A program made the position numbers and the translations under genes. Positions 1 to 12,332 of a DNA stretch of 64,000 nucleotides are shown piece by piece (within the stretch, counting starts at the first letter, position 1; every line of letters begins with the position of its first letter). The stretch is from Takakia lepidozioides. Taxonomy: Eukaryota > Plantae > Bryophyta. The stretch is taken from NCBI GenBank assembly GCA_030704615.1, contig CM060734.1, positions 9,362,001 through 9,426,000 of the forward strand, given 5' to 3'. The notes below the pieces were generated by a model. The model did no database searches, was not told the origin of the DNA, and saw only the letters and a program-made list of their open reading frames with translations.

Positions 1-3000
1 AGCTGCTCTTGCGCATTCGTCATCACCTGTGGACATTCTCCATCAGACCGCTTTCCTCAAAAAATACAATAAATCCATCTGATACAAGAGTAGAAGCCCC
101 AAATGAAGCGTGGGAAAGTACCTGAAACCACCATGTCATGCGGTTCATCCACATGTCGAATGTGGGGTCGGACAGTTTGTCGGGTTTGGGGAAGCTCCAC
201 ATGTCCCTTGTACTTTGGGAACCATTCCAGATTTGGAGCTACCGGGTCTGTCCAACCACCTAGCATATTAGTAAGCGCCAAACACCACAAAAACGAATTG
301 CTGCCACGACATTTTTGGTTAAGAATGTATAACCTTTTCTGTTGCATCCACACATGATGTGGCTAGACGATGCAGCTTCTCCAATGTCATCATGGGCTTC
401 AGAGCGCGGGAGTAGTGCTTCCCCACCTCCACCAGAAAGTCGGCACCAAGGGCGGGATCAGCTATGGCCATGTACTTTACCATCCGCGACTTGTACTTTA
501 TGCAGGCCTTCGCCTTCGCAACTTTGAGATACGATTCCAGTGCTGGGAGGGTTAGTTTCTTCTCCTTTGACTCCATGTAGAACCTCCGTGCATGTGCCAA
601 ATCTTGCTGAATTTTCGTCTGTCAAGAATGCACAGATATGATTAGAAATCCTGGTCAACACTTTATCTTCTATTGGGGAAGGTGAGACAGATAAGCTGAA
701 CAAAACAGTCAGGAGCTTTACCCAAAATATGTAGTCCACCATGGCATCCATGCTCAGCCTATACCAGATTCTGTCTGCCTTTGCCTCCGACTTGCGCAGC
801 AGGTCGACACTGAGCAAATTGGCAAACTCTTGCACCCCCTGCTTCTCGACATCCTTCACTCGGAAGAGCATATGGGACAAGTTGGTGGCAAAGAAGGCAT
901 TCTCAGTCACCCTGCAATGCCACATTTCCATTAAACAATACAGAAATGAGAATTTGCAACAAATATGACGATTGGCAATGAAGTGACTGTTTCAAATTCA
1001 AAGTTCCAAAGCAAGAGGCATTGTAACTTACGAGTTGATGTCTGCCATTGCCGCTTTGAGAAGACTGCAATCTTTGGGCCCCGCAACCTTGAGCACAACA
1101 CACTCCATGGCGAAACGCCAATCCAGGACGTTGGGGTGGGCTTGGGCTATGTACTCCATCCATGCCAGGAGGCGATGATTGCCGTCCCACACGTAAAACA
1201 TCTTTCTGGACAAGTGCTGGAAAAAGGATCAGTAGCAATCAATCTCTCGAACTCCTCATTTCGCCTTTGCCAATGGGGACCCCATTTGTCCACCTCATCG
1301 GAAGTGTAGGGACGAAAAGCTCCGTGGTCGTTCTCCATGGAAACGTAAAACGTGGCAGACCCCATTCGATATCCCTCCCGGAAAGAGAATTTCAGCTTGT
1401 CGATATCGCCTGGGAGGGCAGGTCTCACCACCTGGACAAAGGGGAATCCGAAAGCTTGGCCGGGTACACCATGCCCCCTAGGACCCTGCCAATGTTGCTG
1501 TGGGTTGCCTCCAACATCTTGGCAGCGGCCAACTTCATATCCGCCTCCGACATGACGTCTGTTGCAAGGGGGGTTCTCCGGTAGCCCACCCGGACCGCCA
1601 AATCCAGCATGTATGCTCCGGGTTTGGGGCCTGGGGATGTCCGGGAGGAGGTCATCCTGGTCAGAAAGCTACCTCTCGTCGTCCTCAACATGGTCAACCA
1701 CCGCCGGAACCACCTCGAGCACTCTCCCCGTCTCTACTGCCCTCTCCCCGGCTTCACCTCGAACTTCCACAATCCGTGCTCTTTGTGGTGTTCTTTCCCC
1801 TCCTCCAGTCTCCACCATATGAGTAATTTGGTGGGCTGCTCCCACCTGCGATGGTGTAACCGGTGTGTTACTGCCTGTTTGTGGTGTCTTGGAGGGATCC
1901 ACCGTCTCTATGCGTCCCTCGCTTACATGGGCATCTGTCATTTCAACAACCCTGGCTTCTTCAGTGGCCTTTTCTGTTGCCTCCTGGCTAGCCTTATGTC
2001 TCGCCTATTCATTTGCCCTCTCTTTTGCCCTCTCACGGGCCTTCTGTTTCTTACTAGGGGTAGTAGCAGGGGAGGCCTCCAGGACGACCACCTTTGATTG
2101 AGGCGAACTGACACCCTCGTGCGCCCTACTCACTCCCCCCCCGCAGCCCGTGACGGCTCTTCTCGCCGGGGATTGCATGTGCTTGGCTTTCTTCTTCTTT
2201 CTTTGCGTGGGCGGGCCCTACTGCATGTGCATCAACTTCCTCCATTGCCGGATCTGCTGTCCTCATCCGACGCCCTTCACCTGCCATGCCGCCTGCACCA
2301 ACCTCCCCAATGCCTATTCTGTCGTACTCTCGCTGCAGGTCCTCCCGTCCACCAACAAAAGGATTTAGTTTGCCCTCCCGCCCCAAGTTGGGCGATCCAA
2401 AAATGCGTAGCGGCTTTTGGAGTGACTGCTCGAGCAGTTGGAGCTGTCGATGATACCACTAGCGTGTCGGGCTCGTCGTCACTCTGTCATCCCCAACAAT
2501 CGTGAGAACCAACATCGCAATGAAAACCACCATCGCAACGAGCATCGCAACCACCATCGCAACAATCGTGGAAAAACAATGAAAACAAAACAAAACCAAG
2601 TATGGAGTGGCATGGAACAAGCATGAAAACAAACCCAAGCAATCCCTAAGAATCACATGCAGAAGCAGCCTTTTCCAGAGGTGCCGGCTTTGCACACGCA
2701 TTGCAAACTATCTAAGGTTCACTCAACCAGTAGCTTGCTGAAATCAACATGAAAATTTAAGGACGATTTCGATAAGACGGGAAAAGAGGGTGAAATGTTT
2801 TGCAGGCACTTCATCTGCACAGACAATCTTCTCAGCTCAGCATGGATTTCCTTAATTCTGGGATGCAACCTGTCATCTACAGCGAAGGTGTGCTCCCTGT
2901 TGCAAATCTCAATGCAGCAACGACCTGGCTCTAACCCCTCTGACCTTCATCATTCTTCTCACCAACTCCTGCTTTTGCAACGACCTGGCTCCTTTCTAAC

Positions 3001-3230
3001 CCCTCTGACCTTGATCATTCATCTCACCAACTCGTGCTTTTGCAATGCAACCATGCACTTCTAGGGCTGCCAGGCTGAAGATGCCAAAACAAACAAACAA
3101 AAAGCAAGGAAGACCGCACATGTTACACAAAGCGAAAGAGGAAGAGGCTTGCCTGAGAGTGCTCGGCTTCAGTTGGCGTGGGCTATGAGCAAGACAATGG
3201 GATCTCCTGCTGGAGCTTCAGTTTGGCCAT
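1..3230 (-). pseudogene. 5' part of the multi-exon ParB-like/MTase cargo gene (frameshifted; MTase exons presumably lie left of the window)
   Basis: Start region MAKLKLQQEIPLS matches copy-2 MPKGRKQMRLQEEIAIS. ParB/Srx-like segment FYVWDGNHRLLAW at 1028-1213. Exons at ~319-620 and ~715-911 match copy-2 segments near 27630-27910 and 28010-28200. Frameshifts near 1200 and 1430. Confidence 0.75.
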
Positions 3231-3584
3231 GCGAGAGGTTGGACGCCGCCCGTAATACAAAGGCTTCAGCTTCCGCCGCGGTCTGGGTGTGGGGTTTCTC
3301 TCAGGAGAGCCACGCCCTTCTCCACGCGGCATAAGTCCCAGCAAAAGAAAAAATCTCCCGAGGTATGCGTGCGTATATGCCTGGAATGGAATTTCATCCA
3401 ATCATCACATCAGGTGTCGAAGGCGTATCCGGGAAGCAAGCGCGGAATCCCTGTGGAACATCCGGTTCAAAACCGACGGCAGACAACATTTAATGCGCAA
3501 CTGCGCCATTAAATGTCGTTGGTATGGAGGTCGGCCACAGGCGCCGACAGGCCCACCCTCCCCCCGAGACTTCATCAGTCGCCC

Positions 3585-3760
3585 GCTGGATGGAAAAAAC
3601 GGCGCCGAATTTCCATCCAGCGGATGAAGTTGGACGCAACGTGGCCTTCCCTCCGCCCGAGCCGTTCTCATCCACGAGACGCCGGATGGAAAAATCCATC
3701 CTGCAGGTAATTTGGAGCGCGGCCGGATGGAAATCCGGCGCCGAATTTCCATCCTGTAGG
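3585..3760. repeat. Copy-1 palindrome variants (GGATGGAAAT[T/C]CGGCGCCGAATTTCCATCC)
   Basis: Two near-perfect palindromes at ~3588-3618 and ~3725-3754, located between the divergent genes. Confidence 0.75.
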
Positions 3761-3819
3761 CAAAAAATTCCAAGTTTAGTATGTAACCAGTAAAAAAAAA
3801 CGCAAAAAGTGCATACATG

Positions 3820-6800
3820 CCTTCCCGCAGACGTCGACGATAATATGTTATTTGAGTTCCCTCCTCGAACGGACTATTTTAGGGCGTCCAGAATGTTGAC
3901 AGATATGGATAGGAAACATGAGGTCATCCTTGGTGCGTCACCAAAACCACCAGCATGAAGATGCTCAATGGTGTGCGGGTGCGCTACGTTGTTTGTGCGG
4001 GCGCGTTGCAGTGTTTCTCCCCAACTTGCTTCCACTTTAAATCTAGAGGTCACAGGAACGAGACGGATTGGACAGGCACAACTCATCAACCATTTCAAGC
4101 TCAGGAAAAGGTTCCAAACTCCACATTTAAGTGAGCGCATTGCAAAGAACCACCACATTGCATGTCTGTTTGTAATGCCAAGCAGTTCTATGTGTTGCAC
4201 CGTTTCCCTAACCTCACACGAGCTTGCATACACGTTGGTTCCCATTGTCACAAATTGGCGAGGGGGAACTCGCGGGAGGCTGTCCACGAGGCAGAGCAGC
4301 TCGTTCAAGAGGAGGTTAAGTTGAGACCTGATGCCAAACCCAAACAGATACAGCTGCAGGCCGCCCATAAGATGGCATTGGCCAGAATTATGTCGGTAGA
4401 CGGCTCCGACAGAGTTCCTCTCGATGAGAAGGAAATGGAGGCATTGCTGGAGTCAGTGTCCCACGTCTGTTCACCGAATGTCCAAAACCACATTGTCTCC
4501 TGCAAACAGAGAATTGGGCGTGGCTCGGATATGCACTCCATTCTGGAGATGAAGCGACGATGTGGATATGACTACATTCATGGAAGTAGGTTTCCTGGAC
4601 AAGGGACCGAGGCAGATCGTTGTTTCGTATTCAAAATGTCCACGTGTGGGCCTGGCAGCGGCGTCGAACTGGTCGACCGGATGATGAGTGGGGACTAGTC
4701 AAACAGTTGGGTCATGTTCGACCATATCAAGCGAATTACAAATCACTAGTGGATGACAATGGCTGCACATGTCTACGACACCCACTGTAGGATGCTAATG
4801 ACAATTGCTATTTGTGAGATGAAAGGAGAGGACACATAATCGGAGATGCTTCTTTGGCAGGGAATAAACGAACAGATGGCCAAGGCGGGATTGCCCCCTC
4901 CCAATTTCCGTGGTTTCATGGTGGACAACGCACAAGCAAATTGGGCTGCCATCTGAAGGGTATACGGGGAAGACCCCAATGTGGACTTGAAGGAGTGTAG
5001 GAAGGAGCCTGCGTTGGGGGATGGCAGAAAGGGGAATGTGCAAACCTACCGAGAAACCTTGACCACCAAAATCGACATGATATGTGGGGACGGAATAGCA
5101 GAACACCCTGATGACGAAAGCTGGCCCACTCACGAACCACAGGAGCAACCAGACAGTGATGACAACATAAACAAGAAGCTGCCACCACGACAATCCTGGG
5201 ACGCACTTCCTACCCAACAGACAAGCATGCCACCACCCTACATCCCCAAGATGGAAGGCAAAGAGAGATCTTGTGGGTTCCATTTTCTGCAGAGCTTGTC
5301 GCAGTACACAACCCCGCTCGTGGCGCCAGATTTCAGAGAGGAGCACCGTTCCATGTATCTTGCGTGGAAGCGTGCTCCCACCTTGGATGATGCAGAGACA
5401 CAGTTTGCATGTATACGGGCTTGGTGGACAACGTCAGGTGCTGTAAAGAAATTAGACGAGGGAGCAATGGTCAGTTGGCTAGCATGGTGGCATTATCATT
5501 TCCTCCAGTTCGGCGACTATATGCGGGAGGTGAGTTGGACAAATTCGCGTCCCGTTGAATATTATGCTACTCATTATTTGTAACTTGTTTGTAACCTCAA
5601 CATGTGCATGTGCAGGAAATGTGTCTGGACTCCAACATCGACATGCCGACAACAAACATGGCCAAATCAGTACATTCTTCCTGGCGTGCCTCCTCTACGG
5701 CGCATCTGGTGGACATCCTCATTGCCACAACGGAGGACATTGTCAGGTCAATTATGCAGCAATGCAGGTACAACGAGTTCTTGAAAGGGAAACAGTGGGG
5801 CTTGGGGCCGGACAGGCAGAAAATGCTGATGCGGACTGCCTCCAGATCGAAGAATCCTCGCAAGTGGGCGGCAACCTTGCGAGAGGGCCTTCGGGACACG
5901 CCATTGCTTCAAAGAGGCCAACACTTGGAAGGAGATGTTCACACCCGTCCAGTGAGACGAAGACTTGACGAGGCACCTGGCGGAGAAGAGGATTCATGGC
6001 GAGCTGACAAGAATATTCGCACGCTCCCTCGTGGTCCCGTGATGTTGCCCGAGGAGGTCTCGTCGAGCACCGCAAGTCCTGCACGTTCAAGATCGTCATC
6101 TCTTTTGAGCACAGGGCACGTGCCCGAGGAACATAACGAGCCATCTGTAGTAACGCAGTACAACATACCCATTGTGGAGACAAGAGTGTCGGAGTCACAC
6201 TGGAGAATTGCAAGGACATTGCCGGCATTTCGAGGGAAGTGCTGCGCCATCCGGGTGGATACGAGAGCACGCTGTGGTGAGATGATTCGGAGGAACCCAC
6301 ACGGTGTTGTACCTGCACCTTGTTTTAGCGGCAGATTTTTGACTCCCACATTTGCTCACGCCACAACGCAGACGTTTTGGTTCTGTAGGCACGACATAAT
6401 GACCTGTGTATTTGGCAAGCCCAAGTACGGGATTCAGGGAATGCCGGAGCCTCCGGGCGTTTGGCCTGTTGCACCGGGTTGCAACCTCTCTCAGAATGAG
6501 GCGGATGCTCTTTCTGCAGCAGGATTTCGAATGGTGCAACGCACAGACGTCCCGGCCCACGCATTTCCTGTTCCTCAGACGCAGCCATTGCAGACTGCTC
6601 GGTCCAATAGAGACGGATTGGACAATTTTGCACATCCCACAATGCGATTCGGAAGAGTGACGAGACGACACCCTCCCAACAAGTTGAATGAGACTCGGAT
6701 TGCCAATGCTCTTGGGATGGCTTGCACTATTCAGAGCTCCGTGGATGTACCCCCACCCGGCCTTGGGCGTGTTTATCAGATGGCAACGGCCGGCTCAGCT

Positions 6801-7034
6801 GTATGCGACGACGTATACACAATTACGATTGGAGTGGAGCCCACTTGCAATTGTACGGACTTCTCGTTGATGGAAGCAAAGAAGGGTTCAAAGTATTATC
6901 CGTGCAAGCATCTGTATTACATTTATCTGAAGAGGTTGAAGATGAACTTGACTATTGATGACTTTATTCATGCACCAGCGTTGAGCATGAACGAGCTGCA
7001 CAAACTCCTCCGCCGGGATTCCAGAAATCATTGA
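3820..7034 (+). pseudogene. MULE transposase, 5'-truncated and decayed (GCM/WRKY-fold, DDE, SWIM)
   Basis: Motifs CIHVGSHCH, WVMFDH, FMVDNAQAN, CGFH, and TNMAKS (catalytic E changed to K). SWIM finger CNC..CKH near the C-terminus. GT-AG intron 5530-5615. In-frame stops near 4696, 4748, 4837 and 4954. Confidence 0.85.
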
Positions 7035-7189
7035 TGGGGCAAAGGGAATCCACTATATGGATATTTTCAATTACATTTTGATGCATTAGACTTTGTTTTG
7101 AACTGTAATGAAATGCACCCCAAAACTCCAGGAATGAGACAAGCAATATTCCAGAAAACTGAGTTCCAACAGTAGCAGTTGTGGGGCCA

Positions 7190-7740
7190 TTTCAGGAAAA
7201 ATGGCGCCGAATTTCCCTATTTTGGGCCGAAAACTGGCTAAGTCCCAACATGCACGGGAACGATGTCTGGAAAAATGGCGCTGAATTTCTAGTTACATGG
7301 CCCAGAACTGCCAAACATCTGTGCAATCCCCGGCACCATGTACCAAAATTCGGCGCCACATTTCCAAATTTTGGGCTTACACACCTGCCATGTTGGGACC
7401 TATAGCCGCGAAATTCGGCACCATTTTTCGCCGGAGACACCTATTACCGTGAAATACGTCGCAGATTTTTCCGGTTTCGGAACCTATTACCGCGAAATTC
7501 GGCGCCATTTTTGCAGATGTCGCTCGAAATTCGCATGAGCGGAAGACGAAATATCATGAGCACGGCTCTCAAAACTACAATTTTTCCTTCAAACAATGAA
7601 TATATATATATTTCTGACACGTTCCATTAAAATAATGTTTTTAAATATTTTTTATTTCCAAAATTTGTACTTCTGCTCATGAAAACCGATTGTCTTGCTA
7701 CTCTGCTCATGCCGCTCATGCTCATGACATAGCTAACCTC
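7190..7740. repeat. Copy-1 subterminal motifs and terminal repeat
   Basis: About 5 copies of GAAATTCGGCGCCATTTT or its reverse complement, CCTATTACCG motifs, and tandem GCTCAT units in the last ~40 bp. Confidence 0.75.
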
Positions 7741-7898
7741 CACTACTGCTCCCGTGGTAATGTACCCTTGTTCCGCCATTTGCTAAGTATCGCGTACTTA
7801 GCCTTTTCTGCCCGTGACCAGGTAGTGTACACCAATCACCACCCAGTATGTCCCGTCATAACCCTTGCTGTATGGCCCCCGTAGCTTAGCCGTTATCA
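7741..7898 (-). repeat. 3' LTR remnant, cut by MULE copy 1
   Basis: On the minus strand the polypurine tract (~7902-7918) is followed by TGATAACGG. Confidence 0.6.
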
Positions 7899-8361
7899 TT
7901 TATTCCCCCCCCTCTTTTGAAATTGTGTCCGCACAATTTCGTCAGTTCCTGTGCTTGCAACCAGTTAACAGCTTGCGTCCCTGTTTCTCTGAAAGGGTGG
8001 TCTCTGTCCAAGACCAATGGTGAAAAGTGGTCTTTTGCCTGGCGCCATGCTTCAGCATATAGTGGTCTGCTCATATATGCTGAAGTGCCTACGACTCTCT
8101 CTGGTGGCTCGAATTTGGGTAATTCCCAGTGAGTATCTTTTTCAATACTCTCATAGCGCTGCTAGCTTCCCCTCATTGTCACGAACATCTGGTACAAGTA
8201 ACTACCAATATAAAAACTTGGGCAGCCCATTACAATGTCTACTGCCGGGGTAGGATTAATCTTCAATTGCCCCACTGCCCACATGTAAGCTATCAGCTCT
8301 TTGTACTCCAGGGGAGCCTGGTGCCAAAATTCAACCAATTCTGCCTGACCATGTCTCCTCC

Positions 8362-10320
8362 CTAGCCAGTGGCCTCATCCTGTATCTCAAAGGTATGAGA
8401 GTTTGATTGAGCAGATGCAATTGACCCAATGACCTGCAGGGGGTTAAGGTTTTGAATGTCTTTTCTAGTATTTTCTGGGATTTGGTGGGTTGGGAGTACC
8501 ATCATTTTAAAGTATTCCTCTGAATACTTTAGCCACTCCCCATCCTGCTTGCATGGCATGATTTGGAAATCATCCACTACTACCGAAGTTGATGCCACCA
8601 GAACACTTGGTAATGGTACGGGGTTTACCTCTTGAGTAGATGGCCCTGTTGTGGCCTGTACCAGTGCCCGTTGACTTTGTGGTGTTTGTGCTGGTGTTGT
8701 TGTTGTTGATTGTATTGGTGCTTCTTGTTCATGGTCTTGCTCCTCTTGATCGTCTTCGTCCATGAGCTCATCTTGTTTTGGAATTGGTGGCAGAAATTCC
8801 TCGTGAATGTCTGTCACCAACTTTGTCAATTGACATTTCATTTGTCTTACCATTGCCCTGTTGAGTTTCTTCATTTCCAGTTCACTCCCTTCACTCAACC
8901 AGGCTCTGGCCAAGGCTGCGTCCAGCCCTCCTTGCAGTGTTAGCTTCTCCAGTTGTTGTTTCCATTCTTGTTCATCGCCCATGGCAATGTCTCTTTCTGT
9001 GGTGGCTATGAACAGCCTGCTTTCAACATTTTCCCTTTTCCTCAGCAGTATAGTGTTGCATGAGAACCACTTGCTTCCCTGGTCTTTGGCAGTCTTCAGC
9101 TGCCCTTTGAGTGTATCCACTTGCTCCTTAAGTGTCTGGACCTGTCCTGTGAGCATTTCCACCTCTGTCTCCGTTTTCCGAGATCGCTCTCTTTCTGCAT
9201 CGAGGTCGGCTTGGACATGGCGTGTTTCGTCTATTTGTCTTTGCCACTTCTGTTCCCACTGGTCTCTGCGTTGTATCAAAGTGTTGTATTGGCGAAGTAA
9301 GGTTGTCTTTTGATCTTCCAACAATGCGATTGTAACCTCGTGGTTACATACTGTTCTTGTTGTTGCCAATTCCCTCTAATGTTTCTCCTTGATGTGGTCT
9401 AAGATCATGCTAAGGTTCTCCGGGGTTATGTAATCCTTGGCCCTGTCCATACAAGCTGTTACTTGACCCAATGCTTGTATTGCCTGCAAAATTACATTCT
9501 GTGGCGTTTCTTCCAACCCTGTGTCCCATGCTGTTGTATCCAGAACCTATTGTGCTAGTAGTAATTCCAAATTGGAATTATTGTCTTGCTGCTGCTGACT
9601 CTGTGTCTCTTGCACCACCTGTTGTCGCTGCTGACTGTGTGCCTCTTGCACCACCTGCTATTGCTACTGATTGTGTGCCTCTTGCACCCTCTACTGTTGC
9701 TGTTGATTGTGTGCCTCTTGCATCATGTGCTATTGCTGCACCACTACGTCTCCCTCCTCTGTTCCTGGTTGTGTGGCCTCTGTAGGTGCTGTTTGTTGGG
9801 TTTCGGTGTTACCATGGCTAATTTCCAGGGGTGTTGCTTCATTGGTCTGTGGTCGGTTCCCTCCTTCTGGCTGTTGATTCTCTCATTCTCTCTGCAGTGT
9901 GGAATCAGCCGCCGAGTTGAAGATGTCCTCTACTACTGCACTTGTGGTTGCTTCGTTGATCCGGGCTCTCTTTGCAAGTCCGCCCTCTTCTTCTTCTTGA
10001 CCTGCTGCCGTGTCACTTCCTTCTTCCTCCATCGTTTCTACCCGCTGTATAATTCCCAACGTCGTTTGCTCTTCGGGTGTCAGGTGTACAGTGTATCGAA
10101 TCATTTGGAGTAACAAGGGAGTAGCCATGGTAACAGTCGCTTCTTTCTTCTTCTTTGTCAACTGTGTCAATCCTTGGGTTAACTTCTTCAATAAGAAGCT
10201 TGCCCAATTCACGATTTGCCCATTGAGGCAAATCAACACTTGATCGATTAGCTCCTTGGTACAGTAGCTGTGGTTTTTCCTGAGGCAAAGCAACGTGCTA
10301 AGTACCGGGGCTATCTTCCT
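8362..10320 (-). pseudogene. Retrotransposon accessory ORF (coiled-coil rich), C-terminal part
   Basis: ORFs 9883-10293 (..IVNWASFL..) and 8362-9369 (long coiled coil). Lies between integrase and PPT. N-terminal pieces are at 13440-13630 (-) and 16649-16745 (+). Confidence 0.6.
9585..9740. repeat. 36-bp coding minisatellite, ~4 copies
   Basis: Unit approximately GCTGCTGACTGTGTGCCTCTTGCACCACCTGTTGTC. Confidence 0.8.
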
Positions 10321-10545
10321 AAAGCCGGGGTTTTTGCTGTGACTGCATGTGTAACCTTGATCGGCTTGGTTGAGATTCTCAAACAGGTCCGCAAGTACAA
10401 ACCTTGGAGGTTTGCCGCTGTGCGCTGTCGATCACTTTTTCGGATCATAATTTAGAATAGCACATTTGATGTACATTAGTATATATTTTATGAAGTTTAG
10501 TATGAAATCATATTAAGAAATCATAAGTTAAATGGAATTCTAGCA

Positions 10546-10910
10546 ATGGCAGAGCCGAAGGACCAGTCGAAGGACAACTCCTTGATTCCGAGATTGACAG
10601 ACGATGTGACACTAGAATGCGTTGCATGGGTGCCTCGCTCTTATTATTTACTGTTGACAGGTCGTTGTAAGAAATGGCAGAATGCGCTAGCGGTGGTTGA
10701 TGACGAAGGCCGCAACGACGTCCTTGAGACTCGCAAACGGGTAGAGATCAAGGAGGAATGGGTTTACGTGTTGGCTGGTCCTGCACACAATGTACAGCCT
10801 CTCATAGGTGCACGGAAGTGGTGGGCGTTTGATTCCGGTAGTACGCGTTGGCGTTGTCTGCCAGGCTGCCTTGTGGATTATACCTTTGAAGTTTCTGACA
10901 AAGAATCTTG
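10546..10910 (+). pseudogene. F-box/kelch-repeat gene 5' fragment
   Basis: F-box-like LIPRLTDDVTLECVAWVPRS..CKKW, followed by EEWVYVLAG, WWAFDS..RWRCLP and SDKES. Truncated before the kelch repeats. Confidence 0.75.
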
Positions 10911-11432
10911 CTGGGGGATCTCACCGGCAGACGACTCTCAGAACAATGCTACAACTTGCTACTTCAAGCATGGGAACCTCTGCCCGACCTCAACCTAGCA
11001 CGGGAAAGGGAGCTAATGGGAAAACAAGGATAAATGTGAACCGCTGGATATTGGTTGAGCAAGGGTAGCGATCCCCACTTCCCAAATGGATGAATGACAT
11101 GGATGAGGAGCAACATTCATGAGGATTTAAAACGGTTCATGTCAATTTAAGTTGGTCATGTACCAACTTAAGTTGGTCATGTCCCTGGATGGATGAAAGT
11201 TATAGATGGATGAAAATTATGAGGAAGAATGAAAATGGATGAAATTAGCGGATGGAACCATGGATGGATGGATTACGGGCTGGATTTTTGGACAGATGAC
11301 AATGGATGGAGGAAAAACACGTGGTTCAATCTGATCCGTTCAGGTGGAGGGCGCAGATCTGAAGGATTAAAACAAAAAAGATTATATCTTATATTAATGA
11401 ACACTCTAGGGAAAATTAATTAAAAACTCTAA

Positions 11433-11462
11433 CTAGGTGTCGGTGCTTAAATGCACCAGTAG
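11433..11462 (-). mobile_element. Probable Helitron 3' terminus (hairpin + CTAG)
   Basis: The minus strand reads GGTGCATTTAAGCACC-GACAC-CTAG followed by T. The 5' end was not located. Confidence 0.45.
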
Positions 11463-11704
11463 TAATTTATTTATTTTTGGAGAAAGGGCTGGATGAAAGT
11501 AGTCAAAACAAGTGACGGATGTAGGGCGACGGACTGATATAAATCAGCCGGCGAAAGAGAGAACGGGGACACTATAGTCTCTCTTGCTCTCTCTCTCACT
11601 CTCTCTCTCTCTTATCAGTAGTAGCTTGAGTGTCTGCCTTGCAATAGTTCAGGAAAGGAGGTTGCCATAGATAGTAGAAGGTGTATTCGAAGTGCTTATA
11701 AATA

Positions 11705-12332
11705 CACCGTGAAGAGGGTAGTAGCATCTGATTTGAAGGACCAGCGATCAGTGTTACTCTATATGTAGTGGAAATGCTTGTAAATATCTCGTGAATTTGG
11801 TAGTGGCATCTGATTTGAAGGACCAGCGATCAGTGTTACTCTATATGTAGTGGAAATGCTTGTAAATATATCGTGAAGAGGGTAGTAGCATCTGATTTGA
11901 AGGACCAGCGATCAGTGTTACTCTATATGTAGTTTGCGTGAAGCCATGATTTGTCAGTGTTACTCTATATGTAGTAAATAAGAGGGTAGTAGCATCTGAT
12001 TTGAAGGACCAGCGATCAGTGTTACTCTATACATATAAATACACCGTAAGCGGGTAGTAGCATCTGATTTGAAGGACCAGCGATCAGTGTTATTCTATAT
12101 GTGGGAAATGCTTGTAAATATATCGTGAAGAGGGTAGTAGCATCTGATTTGAAGGACCAGCGATCAGTGTTACTCTATATGTAGTTGAAGTGCTTGTACA
12201 TACACTGTGAAGCGGGTAGTAGCATCTGATTTGACGGACCAGCGATCAGTGTTACTCTATATGTAGTTGAAGTGCTTGTACATACACTGTGAAGCGGGTA
12301 GTAGCATCTGATTTGACGGACCAGCGATCATC
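11705..12332. repeat. ~80-83-bp tandem repeat, ~8 copies
   Basis: Core GTAGTAGCATCTGATTTGAAGGACCAGCGATCAGTGTTACTCTATATGTAG. Confidence 0.9.

Larger units (their letters stand above)
1..7740. mobile_element. MULE-like DNA transposon, copy 1 (left end outside window), ParB-MTase-carrying family
   Basis: Same divergent gene layout as 21402-36742. Right terminus ...GCTCATGCCGCTCATGCTCATGACATAGCTAACCTC (ends 7740) resembles the copy-2 right end ...GCTCATGAAATAGTAAACCTC. It interrupts the 3' LTR of the neighbouring Gypsy element. Confidence 0.85.

Noticed and set aside
2505-2575. CATCGCAA short repeats
   Set aside because: Simple low-complexity repeat, probably intronic, and absent from copy 2.
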